Below are positions 49,990 through 60,700 of a stretch of DNA of 64,000 nt, in pieces. The notes under the pieces are model-generated. The model had not been told where the DNA came from, made no database searches, and saw nothing but the letters and a program-made list of their open reading frames with translations. Numbering within the stretch: the stretch's first letter is position 1; every line of letters begins with the position of its first letter. The DNA is from Acetomicrobium thermoterrenum DSM 13490 (GTDB lineage Bacteria; Synergistota; Synergistia; Synergistales; Acetomicrobiaceae), in NCBI RefSeq assembly GCF_900107215.1, contig NZ_FNPD01000006.1:49403-113402 (forward strand), written 5' to 3'. Position numbers and translations under genes: made by a program.

Positions 49990-50955
49990 TTGATGATTTC
50001 TTTGGAAGACGTAAAGAAGGCGAGAGAACGAATAAAGGATTGGATTCACGAGACGCCGCTTTTTTCTTCGGCTACCTTCAGCTTATGGTCCGGAAACGAG
50101 GTTTATCTAAAGGCGGAAAATTTACAGAAAAGCGGAGCCTTTAAATTCAGGGGAGCGATGAACTTCATGCTTTCTATGGATGAAGAGGAGAGAAAAAAGG
50201 GAGTGGTTACGGGATCCTCGGGAAATCACGGTCAGGCCCTTGCCTGCGCAGCCAAGATTTTGGGTGTAAAGGCGATAGTGGTAGTTCCTGAAGATGCTTC
50301 TTCCGCTAAAGTGGCTGCTATCGAAGGATACGGAGCACTTGTAGAAAGATGCGGACGTTCGTCGACGGAACGCATATCAAGAGCTATGGAGATAGCAGAA
50401 CAAAGAGGGATGACCTTTGTACCCCCCTTTGACCATCCTTGGATCATGGCAGGTCAGGGAACGACTGGTCTCGAGATCCTGGACGAATTGCCCGACGTCG
50501 ATGCCGTCCTTGTCCCATGTGGTGGTTGTGGTCTGATCTCAGGAGTGGCCACGGCCCTAAAGGAATCCTCTAAAAAGGTCAAAGTTTACGGTGTAGAACC
50601 TGAGAGGAGCAACAGCACCTATTTGTCCCTTAAGGCCGGTCACATAGTAGAACTTAAAAACATCGAGACGATTGCAGATGGCCTGAGGACTGCAAGCCCC
50701 GGGAAGATTACCTTTCCGATAGTTCAGAAATATGTAGATGATGTCCTTCTGGTGTCGGAGGAGGAAATTAAAAATACGGTTCTCTTGCTTCTGGAAAGGG
50801 CTAAATTGCTCGTGGAGCCGTCGGGAGCGGTACCCGTTGCCGCACTTTTATACGGGAAAGTTCCCTTTAAGTCCAAGAAAACAGTGGCCTTGATGTCGGG
50901 CGGAAACGTAGACCTCTTGACCCTTAGTAAGTGGATAGAAGAATCGAAGGCATAA
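49990..50955 (+). CDS. PLP-dependent threonine/serine dehydratase-like enzyme (second paralogue in window)
   Basis: SGAFKFRGAMN motif with the PLP lysine, SSGNHGQA, and glycine loop GGGGLISG. Confidence 0.75.
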   Translation: MMISLEDVKKARERIKDWIHETPLFSSATFSLWSGNEVYLKAENLQKSGAFKFRGAMNFMLSMDEEERKKGVVTGSSGNHGQALACAAKILGVKAIVVVPEDASSAKVAAIEGYGALVERCGRSSTERISRAMEIAEQRGMTFVPPFDHPWIMAGQGTTGLEILDELPDVDAVLVPCGGCGLISGVATALKESSKKVKVYGVEPERSNSTYLSLKAGHIVELKNIETIADGLRTASPGKITFPIVQKYVDDVLLVSEEEIKNTVLLLLERAKLLVEPSGAVPVAALLYGKVPFKSKKTVALMSGGNVDLLTLSKWIEESKA

Positions 50956-50957
50956 AA

Positions 50958-51407
50958 GTGAAACTTTTGGTCAGCGCCTGTCTGGTAGGATGTCGCTGTA
51001 GATATGACGGCAAGTCCTATGAGGATGAAATTTTAAGGGCCTTAGTTGAAAAAGGCCTGGCGTTATCGGCTTGCCCGGAGGTGCTTGGAGGGTTTGCAAT
51101 ACCCAGGCCCAGGGCTGAAATAGTCGATGGGACGGGAGAGGACGTTTTGCTTCGACGTGCCAGAGTCATAAATGAAAACGGAGAGGATGTAACGCCACAA
51201 TTTGTTAGAGGAGCTTTTAAGTTTTTGGATTTAGCGATAAAGAACAACATTAAATATGCTATCTTAAAGGATAAAAGTCCATCCTGTGGTGTATATAACA
51301 TTTACGACGGATCCTTCACGGGTAAACTTAAGCAGGGCAGAGGTGTATCCTCTGCCCTGCTTCGTAAATGGGGAATAATTATATATTCCAGCGGTCAGAT
51401 AAAATAA
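50958..51407 (+). CDS. DUF523 family protein (TudS-like Fe-S protein)
   Basis: KLLVSACLVGCRCRYDG and SPSCGV cysteine motifs. GTG start one codon after the upstream stop. Confidence 0.5.
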   Translation: MKLLVSACLVGCRCRYDGKSYEDEILRALVEKGLALSACPEVLGGFAIPRPRAEIVDGTGEDVLLRRARVINENGEDVTPQFVRGAFKFLDLAIKNNIKYAILKDKSPSCGVYNIYDGSFTGKLKQGRGVSSALLRKWGIIIYSSGQIK

Positions 51408-51537
51408 ATGCCCATCGCAAAATACCTCCGTTATTTTCTGTCATGGTCTGCTCTATATTGCTATTTGACATGAATTTATTTAGAGTTTAAAATGAAATAA
51501 GATTAGGGTTACCTAATTATATGGAGGTGATTTATTT

Positions 51538-52158
51538 ATGGACGTTATAGAGGCCATTCAAAAGAGGAGAGCCATTAACTTCTTCGATTCCGCTAAGGAA
51601 GTACCTGATGAAACGATACAGAAATTGCTCGAGCTCGGCAGCCTTGCCCCATCTTCTTTTAATTTGCAACCCTGGGAAGTCATTGTAGTTAAAAATCCCG
51701 AGAGGAAGAAAGCCTTAAGGCGCTGTGCCTCCGGCCAGCCTAAGGTGGAAGAAGCCTCGGCAGTTTTGATATTCATAGCCGATCCAGGTGCTGTGGAAAA
51801 GAACCTGGATAAAATACTGGACAAGAATGTCGAGCTTGGCTATATGAAACCGGAAGGACGCCAGGGAACGACAGAAATGGTCCATAACTTATACGGTCCA
51901 AAGGAAAGCGTCAAAAGGAAGATCTTCGCCGCCAAGAACACGGCCTTTTTCGCCATGACCGTCATGATTGCCGCACAGGGCCTGGGGCTTGAAACCCATC
52001 CCATGGATGGTTTCGATGAGGAGGCCATAAAGAAAGAGTTCGGCATATCGGAAGATAAGATCATACCCTGTATCGTTGCCCTTGGCTATATGAGAGAGGG
52101 GATAAATTTACTGCCCAGGTTCCGCTTCCCCGTAAAGGAGATAGCGAAGTTCCTTTAA
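51538..52158 (+). CDS. Nitroreductase-family NAD(P)H flavin oxidoreductase
   Basis: N-terminal RRAINFF and a length and profile typical of the nitroreductase fold. Confidence 0.75.
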   Translation: MDVIEAIQKRRAINFFDSAKEVPDETIQKLLELGSLAPSSFNLQPWEVIVVKNPERKKALRRCASGQPKVEEASAVLIFIADPGAVEKNLDKILDKNVELGYMKPEGRQGTTEMVHNLYGPKESVKRKIFAAKNTAFFAMTVMIAAQGLGLETHPMDGFDEEAIKKEFGISEDKIIPCIVALGYMREGINLLPRFRFPVKEIAKFL

Positions 52159-52216
52159 ATTCATCGTAAGATCAGGGGGGAAGAAAGAAAAACCTCTTCT
52201 CCCCTGATCTTTATCC

Positions 52217-53110
52217 TTAGAGGGAACCGCCCAATAGTTTATTGGCGATGGAACCTATGACGAAGGAGATGGCGGCGACGCCGAAACTCACCAAAGCCAT
52301 TTCGGTGAACATTGGCTTAAAGCTGACGGACCTCACGACGGAAACGAAGAAGGTAAACAGAGCAATGATAATGAGGGCGTTGATCAAGCTCCATGCCAAC
52401 GCTGCATATACCGAAGAGGATACGAAAAAGGGAAATATGAGCAAAGCGACTGTTATGATGTAAGCCACTCCTGTATATACAGAAGCCCGCAATGGGTGGG
52501 TATCTCTTTCCTCCGACTTTTGGGAGAGGTATTCCGAGGCTGCCATAGATAGCGATGCGGCGATGCCCGTAATCAGGCCGGCTAAACCGACTATTCTGCT
52601 GTTTGCCAAAGCAAAAGTCAGTCCGGCCAAAGTTCCGGTAAGCTCCACCAACGCGTCGTTTAGCCCTAATACTATTGAGCTGGTGTATTTTAGCCTCTCT
52701 TCGTCAATCAAGTCCAGCAGAGCTTGCTCATGTTTTTCCTCTTCCTTTAATACTTCTTCGGCGTCCGGAAGGAGCGTCAGAAACTTCTTGTATTTTTTCT
52801 GAGCCCTGTCTTCGTTTAGCTCCATGAGTTTTAAGGTGAAGGTAATTCCAAATAACATATTCAAAAATGAGTACAAGATAACGGCCACAGGATTTGGCCT
52901 TACTTTTGTGTTCGTATATCTTTCCCATATTGAAGCATGTCGAGCCTCGTCTTCAGATATTTGTTCTAAAATTTCCGCGTTCCTGCCGCGCTGTTTTTTA
53001 GCTAACCTCTTGTAGACGACATGTTCCGTCATTTCAGTCTTTTGCGATTTTAAAACTGCCTCTTTAGTTTTTGCGTCCAGTTTCGTTTCAATATCCTTCA
53101 TCGTCATCAC
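52217..53110 (-). CDS. mbfA: Erythrin-VIT1 fusion (MbfA-like membrane-bound ferritin / iron exporter)
   Basis: N-terminal ferritin-like ExxH motifs (EDEARHASIWE, EEKHEQ) followed by a VIT1/CCC1 five-transmembrane domain. Confidence 0.7.
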   Translation of the reverse strand: MMTMKDIETKLDAKTKEAVLKSQKTEMTEHVVYKRLAKKQRGRNAEILEQISEDEARHASIWERYTNTKVRPNPVAVILYSFLNMLFGITFTLKLMELNEDRAQKKYKKFLTLLPDAEEVLKEEEKHEQALLDLIDEERLKYTSSIVLGLNDALVELTGTLAGLTFALANSRIVGLAGLITGIAASLSMAASEYLSQKSEERDTHPLRASVYTGVAYIITVALLIFPFFVSSSVYAALAWSLINALIIIALFTFFVSVVRSVSFKPMFTEMALVSFGVAAISFVIGSIANKLLGGSL

Positions 53111-53186
53111 CTCATCCAGCGATGTTGTCGTATAATGCTAACCAAGGTATTAAACCATTCTAACATGATAAGGAGAAGGATGCAGA

Positions 53187-53951
53187 ATGAAAATTGTTCG
53201 TTTCGTGGCCCCAAAGGGGTCAATTCATTGGGGTATAGTCGAAGAAAATGAGATCAAAGAGACAGAAGGTTTGTTGGGATCTTTTACGGGAAAGAACTTT
53301 GTTCTTTCCGAAGTGAGGCTCTTGGCCCCCGTTGAGCCGTCAAAGATCGTGTGCGTCGGGAAAAATTACGTCGATCACATCGAGGAAATGGACGGGGATG
53401 TAAGCAGTCTTCCAAAGGAGCCCGGACTTTTTTTAAAGGCACCGAATGCTTTGGCCGATCCTGAGGACATAATACCCTACCCTGCTTTCACTAAGGAATT
53501 CCACTACGAAGGAGAGCTTGCGGTGGTAATCGCTAAACCGATGAAAGAGGTTCCGGAAGATGAAGCATTAAACTATGTGTTGGGTTATACCTGCGCCTTT
53601 GATCTTACAGCTAGGGACGCTCAGAGGGAAGACCTGCAGTGGATAAGGGCCAAATCGGCCGATAAATTTTGTCCCATCGGTCCCTGGATCGAGACCCGGC
53701 TCGATCCCACCGATCTCGGCATAAAAACGGAAGTGAACGGACAGATAAGGCAAAACAGCAGGACATCCCTTATGATATTTTCCGTCAGGAGGATATTGAG
53801 CTACATATCTTCTTTCATGACATTATTTCCTGGAGATGTGGTTTTGACGGGAACTCCTAGCGGCGTTGGAGAGCTTCGCAGGGGGGACGTCGTTTCTGTA
53901 ACAGTGGAGTGGATAGGAACCCTTAAAATTTCCATAGGCAGTCAAAAATAA
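53187..53951 (+). CDS. Fumarylacetoacetate hydrolase (FAH) family protein
   Basis: Motifs FTKEFHYEGELAVVI and GTPSGVG. Confidence 0.8.
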   Translation: MKIVRFVAPKGSIHWGIVEENEIKETEGLLGSFTGKNFVLSEVRLLAPVEPSKIVCVGKNYVDHIEEMDGDVSSLPKEPGLFLKAPNALADPEDIIPYPAFTKEFHYEGELAVVIAKPMKEVPEDEALNYVLGYTCAFDLTARDAQREDLQWIRAKSADKFCPIGPWIETRLDPTDLGIKTEVNGQIRQNSRTSLMIFSVRRILSYISSFMTLFPGDVVLTGTPSGVGELRRGDVVSVTVEWIGTLKISIGSQK

Positions 53952-54000
53952 ATGGGCTGTCCCGAGGCAGGGCGCTGAAGAACCTCTTGCCACATGGCCT

Positions 54001-55239
54001 TTAGTGCCCTGCCTTCCTGAACCAATTTTTACCTTCGAGGAATCGGGCCACAAGCATGGAGGAGGCCGTGTCACCCGTGGCGTTGACCATGGTAGCTGCC
54101 GGATCGACGAGAAAGCCGATGGTTGCTATTATGGGAAAGGCCTCCGGGGGGAAACCGTATAAGCTTACGATCAGCATTTCGCCCACCAGGCCGCCTCCGG
54201 GAATCCCCGAGAGGACTACTCCGCTTAAGGCGGCAATTGCGATGGCGGTGACGAAGGTGTTCACGCCTGAGAAACTCAACCCGTAAAAGCCAAAGAGAAA
54301 GGATATCTTAAGTATGCCGCTCAAGCACGATCCTTCCATGTGAATTGTCGCTCCCAGGGGCAGGACCATGTTTCTTATGTCTTCCGGAACTCCAATATTT
54401 CTCGCGGCCTCCAGATTTACGGGCAGTGTGGCGTTGCTGCTTCCCGTTGCAAGGGCAGTAATGGCGGGGGTGATCATGTTCTTCCAGAAAGGGGCTATGC
54501 CCTCGCCATCCGTCGAAATGTAAGCATAGACGCTGAAGGCGATGAAAAAGTAGGCAAAGGTAACGGTGTGATAGACTATCATGGCTCTTGCGTATGAACC
54601 GAGAAGTTGCGGTCCGAAGTCGCCTACCAGGGTGGCGAAGTAAGCCCCAAGCCCGATGGGGGCATAATACATTACGATCTTGACCAGTTGCAACATGGCA
54701 TCGGATAGTATTGATACGATATTAACTACGGGGCGAGCTTTCTCGCCGAGGGCGTTCAAACTGACGCCCAGCAATATGGAAAAGATTATCAGGGGTAAAA
54801 TGTGCCGTCTCGAAAATAGGTCAGCAAAATCCTCTACCGTGAAGGCTTTTACGATTTGTTCGGCTGTGTTCAAAGGCTCGAAATCCTGAGGAGCAACTCC
54901 CTCTATCACTATGCCCTGTGCAGGAGGAAAAAATACTACGGCGGCGAGCATTAGTACGGCAGCTATGACGCCGGTTATGAGAAAAATAGATATAGTCGTT
55001 CCGAGCACTTTTCCCAAACGTTTAAGAGACGACATTCCGGCAACAGCGTTCGTTATGGTACAAAATACCAATGGCACGACTATCATGAACATTAGATTTA
55101 TAAAGACGTCGCCTAAGGGCTTGAAGACCAATGCCTCTTTGCCCATTAAGGCGCCGATAGTCGAACCTACTGCTATAGATATCAGCAAGATTACGGGAAA
55201 TCCGTAATTCTTTAACAAGCCTATCCTACTATCGGTCAT
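54001..55239 (-). CDS. Dicarboxylate/amino acid:cation symporter (DAACS, GltP/SstT-like)
   Basis: 412 aa, 8-10 transmembrane segments, SDF signature region around GATIHMEGS. Confidence 0.8.
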   Translation of the reverse strand: MTDSRIGLLKNYGFPVILLISIAVGSTIGALMGKEALVFKPLGDVFINLMFMIVVPLVFCTITNAVAGMSSLKRLGKVLGTTISIFLITGVIAAVLMLAAVVFFPPAQGIVIEGVAPQDFEPLNTAEQIVKAFTVEDFADLFSRRHILPLIIFSILLGVSLNALGEKARPVVNIVSILSDAMLQLVKIVMYYAPIGLGAYFATLVGDFGPQLLGSYARAMIVYHTVTFAYFFIAFSVYAYISTDGEGIAPFWKNMITPAITALATGSSNATLPVNLEAARNIGVPEDIRNMVLPLGATIHMEGSCLSGILKISFLFGFYGLSFSGVNTFVTAIAIAALSGVVLSGIPGGGLVGEMLIVSLYGFPPEAFPIIATIGFLVDPAATMVNATGDTASSMLVARFLEGKNWFRKAGH

Positions 55240-55258
55240 TGCTTTCCCCCCCGGCGTC

Positions 55259-56101
55259 TTATTTAAAGCCTTCTTCTTCTGACAAGGCCTCTTCCGTAAT
55301 AAGTCCTTCTGCCACTATTAGAGCTTTACCCGAAAGAGAGGCCTCGAAGACCTTTTCGGATGTGAGCCTCAATGCCACTTTATTTACGCCCCCCGGATTT
55401 TTAACCTTCATCGAAAGAGGAGAACCGAAAAACAGATGGGATGCGAGGCAACAGGCTATGGATCCCGTGCCGCAGGAGAGGGTGAAATCCTCCACCCCTC
55501 GTTCGTATGTCATCGCCACTATGCAGTCTTTATTCCTCTCTGCGAAGTTTACGTTTGTCCCTTCGTCGAAGATCGCGCCCTTCCGGCGCATATGGCGTGC
55601 AAGGAAAAGCAAACTGTCGCGCGGTATGTCCCGAAATCCAGGAAAAAAGAGGACGCAATGAGGTACGCCAACGTAAAAGGCCATATAGGGAATTTCTTTG
55701 TCAAAGGCGTTGATTTTCCCCTCTTTCAGGTTTGAGACATCGATTTCGCCCATGTCAATTGTAGCCCAGGGAGGATTTACGGAAGCCCTTAAGGGGCCGG
55801 CTTTGGTCTCAAAGGTCATGTCGCTTTTCGCATGGCCTTTTTCAAAGGCGTACCTCGCGATACACCTGGCACCGTTCCCGCACATCTCTCCCTCCGATCC
55901 GTCGGCGTTGAAAAGCCTCATATAAAAATCGAACGTTTTCGAACCCTCGAGCACCAGGACTCCATCTGCGCCCAGAGAAGTCTTTCTGCGGCATATCTTC
56001 TTTGCCAGATCGGATAACCCATCGTCGCTGTATGTCCCTTCTTTGTTTTCTATTATAATGAAGTCATTGCCGTTGCCATGGGCTTTTACAAAGGATATCA
56101 T
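55259..56101 (-). CDS. dapF: Diaminopimelate epimerase
   Basis: N-terminal FVKAHGNGNDFIII and active-site GEMCGNGARC. Confidence 0.85.
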   Translation of the reverse strand: MISFVKAHGNGNDFIIIENKEGTYSDDGLSDLAKKICRRKTSLGADGVLVLEGSKTFDFYMRLFNADGSEGEMCGNGARCIARYAFEKGHAKSDMTFETKAGPLRASVNPPWATIDMGEIDVSNLKEGKINAFDKEIPYMAFYVGVPHCVLFFPGFRDIPRDSLLFLARHMRRKGAIFDEGTNVNFAERNKDCIVAMTYERGVEDFTLSCGTGSIACCLASHLFFGSPLSMKVKNPGGVNKVALRLTSEKVFEASLSGKALIVAEGLITEEALSEEEGFK

Positions 56102-56210
56102 TCGTGGGCCGCCTCCTTTTCAGGTAACATCATTACTGAAATTTTACACTAAATGCAGGTATCCGGGACAATGGCCAAGTTTTAAACTCCGTGCTGGAAA
56201 GCGGGACGGA

Positions 56211-57587
56211 CTAGTCCTTGAAGGAAAATTCGCCGTTTTTAAGTAGGCTTGAGCAGGCTTCCACTACCCAAGGATCGTAATACGTGTCTTTGAAGGCCTC
56301 TATTTCCGCAAGGACGGTTACTACGGGGAGCCCCTTTCTGTAGGGCCGGTCTGAAACCATGGCCTCCACTACGTCGGCGGCGGTCAGTATGAGGGCTAAG
56401 GGGTGAATTTCGCTTCTCCATAGCCCTCGCGGGTACCCGCTGCCGTCCAGTTTTTCGTGATGCTGATAGACGATCTCGGCTATGGGCCACGGAAACTCTA
56501 TACTTTTCAAGATTTCAAATCCTACACGGGGGTGCGTCTTCACGAGCTCGTATTCTTCGAAGGTAAGTTTCGACGGTTTGGTCAGTATCTCCGCAGGAAT
56601 GCGAATCTTGCCTATGTCGTGAACTAGGGAAGCCATATAGAGGGCCTTAACGTCATCTTCTGTCAACTGTAACTTCAAGGCTATGGCTTTGGCTAATTCT
56701 GCGACCCTCCGTTGATGACCTGCCGTGTAAGGGTCTCTTTGTTCCAATGCGAAACCCAAAGCCGATATAGTCTGAATCCATGCCCTTTCTAAGTAGCCGA
56801 CGTATTCTTTCAGCTTTCGTGCGGCCCTTTTCCTTTCGGATATATCCCTATAAATAGTGTATATTCCGAAGAATTCGTCACCGAACTTAACGGGGATTGC
56901 GGTAATGGCTACTTCGAAAAGGGTGCCGTCCTTCTTCTTTCTCACCGATTCCAAATCGAGAGCTTTGCCGGAAGTTACCAGGGAGCTCAAATGAGATGCC
57001 TCTTCGAAGTAGGGGGAGTCTTTTGCCACGATCTCGTCGACATGCTTTCCCCTAACTTCCTCTTTATCGTATCCGAAAAGTTTGCAGAAAGGGTCGTTAA
57101 CTTCAACGATAAAGTTGTTTTTATCCGTCAATACTATGGCCTCTGGATTGTCGTAAAATAAATATTGAAGGCGTGCTCTCTCCCTTTTCAATTCCTGTCG
57201 GGCTTTCGTCTCCTTGGAAATATCGCTCCAACTAATTGCTATGCCCTTTGGATTGACGTCTTTTAATAATCCGTGATAGGTGGCCAGCACTAGGTTTTTG
57301 CTCTTTTTTTGAGGGTTTAAGACTTGGTACGCCGTTGTTACGGAACCACCATCTTTCGATAGACATTTCAAAAGGCATTCTTTCGCCGTCGGTAAGTCCT
57401 TTTCATCGACAAATTCACAGATTGATCTTCCGATCAGCTCTTTCGGCGAAAGGCCGATGAAATATACGATGCTCGATGAAGCAGATATAACCTTTCCCAA
57501 TTCGTCCGTAATGATTATTGCGATCTTGAACGGGTTCTCGTCAAATGTAGGCATGAAGGAAACCCTCTCTTTCTTTGATATGGGCAA
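56211..57587 (-). CDS. PAS-PAS-HD-GYP c-di-GMP phosphodiesterase
   Basis: Two PAS-like N-terminal domains, then HDIGKIRIP and HHEKLDGSGYP. Confidence 0.8.
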   Translation of the reverse strand: MPISKKERVSFMPTFDENPFKIAIIITDELGKVISASSSIVYFIGLSPKELIGRSICEFVDEKDLPTAKECLLKCLSKDGGSVTTAYQVLNPQKKSKNLVLATYHGLLKDVNPKGIAISWSDISKETKARQELKRERARLQYLFYDNPEAIVLTDKNNFIVEVNDPFCKLFGYDKEEVRGKHVDEIVAKDSPYFEEASHLSSLVTSGKALDLESVRKKKDGTLFEVAITAIPVKFGDEFFGIYTIYRDISERKRAARKLKEYVGYLERAWIQTISALGFALEQRDPYTAGHQRRVAELAKAIALKLQLTEDDVKALYMASLVHDIGKIRIPAEILTKPSKLTFEEYELVKTHPRVGFEILKSIEFPWPIAEIVYQHHEKLDGSGYPRGLWRSEIHPLALILTAADVVEAMVSDRPYRKGLPVVTVLAEIEAFKDTYYDPWVVEACSSLLKNGEFSFKD

Positions 57588-57722
57588 GCCTGGGTTCTTA
57601 TTATATACGTAATCTGGTTTAATGATTAGTAACTTTTCGGAATTTTCTCATTTCTTACGACAGGCAAAAGTATGATAATGTATATTTAAATCGACTGCAT
57701 CATGACGGAAGATACATCCCTC

Positions 57723-60700
57723 TCAGGCACAAGCGTTTTTCCAGGGACAGGCATTGCAGCGTGAGGTGTCTTTTTCATATGGCCCAACAGCGGCCTTCAG
57801 GGCTGCCTCCTCAATGCTTCTTTTTATCTTTGCGAAGGAAATGTCTTCTGCGTCTAGCAAGATTTCTCTGCTTTCCCTCAACATGTAAAGCCCCATTAGC
57901 AGGTTCTTTTGGGGAAACTCCCGATTGACTGCATATCCGTAAAATTCCAGCTGCTTGCGATAAAGTTCCATGAAGGAGCCTTCGTCGAGGTCTTCGGTTA
58001 TTTTGTAATCCCATATATGGGCAGTCGCGTCGTCCAGGTAAAGGAGGTCTATCTGGCCTGCCAGCCGAGTGCCCGATTCAAGCTCGAAATCGAAGGGTAT
58101 TTCCCTGTAGGTTTTATATTCGGGATCTTTCGACGAAAGGATCCTTCTCAAGGTAGAGCCCAGAAAGCTGCCGGCGAATGCGGTGAGCCATCTTTGAAGA
58201 AGGGGCCAGTGGCTTTTGTCCTTTAGGATCGGGCGAAGTCCCGTGGGGAGCATCCTCAAGGTCCTTTCTAGGTTCTCGTCGTTTTCAGGGAAGAACCTCA
58301 CGAGACTTTCTTCTTTCAAGTCCCAACGGGATAAGATCCAATGCACCAAACTGCCAACGTCGGGGCCTCCGTATTCTTCGGATCTCGGAAGTTCCCATTT
58401 CAACGGCAAACCCTGCCTGCAGCTCATCCTATATGCATGGGGACACCATGAAATTAAGGCATATTCAGTGGCGCTGAACTTATCGAGGGGAGAGTCGGCT
58501 ATGGGCCTTATCAATTTTTTAAGGGATATGCCTCTGGAATGGGACAGTTTATTTTTTTTGCTCCCGGCGTCGCTTGTCTTCGGTGTAATTATTTCAGCTT
58601 CGTCAATGTCGTCGGGATCGGCGTATCTGCGAGCACCCTCCCAATTAAGTACGGTTTTAAGCCAAAGACCCGTTTTTTTTGAAGGGTTGCCCTGCGAATC
58701 GATTTCGTAATTGCCGCAGAGGATCAGGTGTTTCTTGGCGCGGGTGCAGGCGACGTAAAAGAGGCGCAGATTTTCTTCCTCCTGTTTTAAGCCCTCAAGG
58801 TAGTCGTGAGCTGCCTTTGAAGGCGGATTTTTCTTTCTGTCAAAGGGGTCACCGTATGAGCTTGCCACGGTGCCTACGAAAATTGACGGTACCAGGGAGG
58901 AGCCGCTTCTCGGGTGACGGGCGTATTCGAGGCCGAAGACGGCAACAACGGGAAACTCCAATCCCTTTGCGGCGTGGACCGTCATTATCCTCACCACATC
59001 TTCGTCCTCTCCCAGGGGTGTTGCTTCTTCGTAGGGAGCGTTTAGCCTTGCCGTCTTTTTGAGATAGTCGGCTGCCCCGGCGAGGTCCTTTCCGAAGGCG
59101 TCTTCATAGCCTCTTAAAAAGTGTATTAGATACCTGATGTTAGAAAAGGCCCTCATCCTTTTGTTGGAAGGAAGGGCAAGGAGCCACAGGGGTTCTTCCA
59201 GAAGGTAATTTAAGACGTCGGAAGGGCCGCGCAAAATTGCCCTTCTGCGGAGATATTCTATCTTTTCGGCCGTACCTTTGAGGTTTGTCTTGAGGTATCT
59301 CCAGATCCTCCCCTCTCCACCTTCGCCTTCTATAGAGGAAAGGGCCTTCGATACCCTTTCCTGAGATAGTCTCAAAAAGGGAGACGAAAGCATCCCGATC
59401 AGGGCAAAATCATCCTCGGGATTGTTTAAAGCGGTCAACAAAGCCGTGGCATCCAACGTTTCGGACCTTGAGAAAAAGCTCCTTTGGTCCACGAATACTG
59501 CAGGTATTTCTTCCCTTTCAAAAGCCTCTTCCAGAGTGTCGAAATAATTGCGGGTTGGAACCAGGACCACCATATCTTTCCAGAAAACTCCCCCTTCGTG
59601 AAACATCCTGAAGCGGTGCGCCAACTTCGTGGCCAGGGAGTTTTTTCTTTGGGCGGAACTTGCCTTGTTCCCATCTTCGTCTTCAGCGTTCGTCTCAAGC
59701 AGTATTTTTAAATCGCCTGAGCTATTTTCGTTTTTTAACGTTTCCGGATAGACCAACGGTTCGTAAATCTCTTTCAAGGAAGAGCTTATTCCATCCTTCC
59801 AGATATACTCGAAAAGATCGTTTATCCTTTCCAACAGATCCCTGGTCATCCTAAAAGATTCCTTTAAGGCAACGTACTTGCCGGCTCCACTTTTGGCTTT
59901 CTCGATGTAGTCGGCGAAAATCCTTAGGTCGGCGTGGCGAAACCTGTAGATGGACTGCTTAAGGTCTCCCACGATGAACAATTTTGTCGCTCCTTCTTTA
60001 CCGGCGGCGATGTTTTTTATCAGAAGGTTTTGAACGCCGTTTATATCCTGAAATTCGTCGACTAATATGTATTTGTATCGTTCGACAGCCTTGGGATATT
60101 TGTTTACCATATCCTTTGCTTTGGTCAACAAATCATCGAAGGAAAGGATGTTCTTTCTTTTTTTCTGTTCCTCCCATAGGGCCCAAAGCATGCTGGCAAA
60201 CTTGAGCAAGGTTTCGCGAAGGGGTCTGTCTTCATGGGCCTCCTTCGACCATTTGGCAAGAGCCACCTCCTGAGATAGGCTTTCGCGATGGATTTTCAGC
60301 CCCTTATGGCCAAAACGATCGCTTAGAAGCGATTCCAGTTCCTTTTTGAATTTTCCACCGCCTTTGATGTTCGAGAGAAGACTGTCGTTTAAGTCCAGCA
60401 AAAAATTGACCCATGTGGCAGGTGAGTCGGGGTAAATGCCCTTCCACCGATTTTGAAATTCTCTAACCCTCTCGGACAGGCCGTCGTTGTTGTCGTCTTC
60501 TGTCCTAATTTCTTCAACCCAGAAGTCATAGAGGTTGCGATATAAGTTAAAACGTTCCTTTAAGCCGAAGATCATCTCCTCTGCCCTTTTGTCAACCTTT
60601 TCAAGGGAGGCCGATTCTTTGAAGAGGTCCTCGGGGTTTAATCCTCTGCTTCCAAAGAGGGAGGAAGCTGCCTTAGAAAGTTCGACGATGGCATTTGCGC

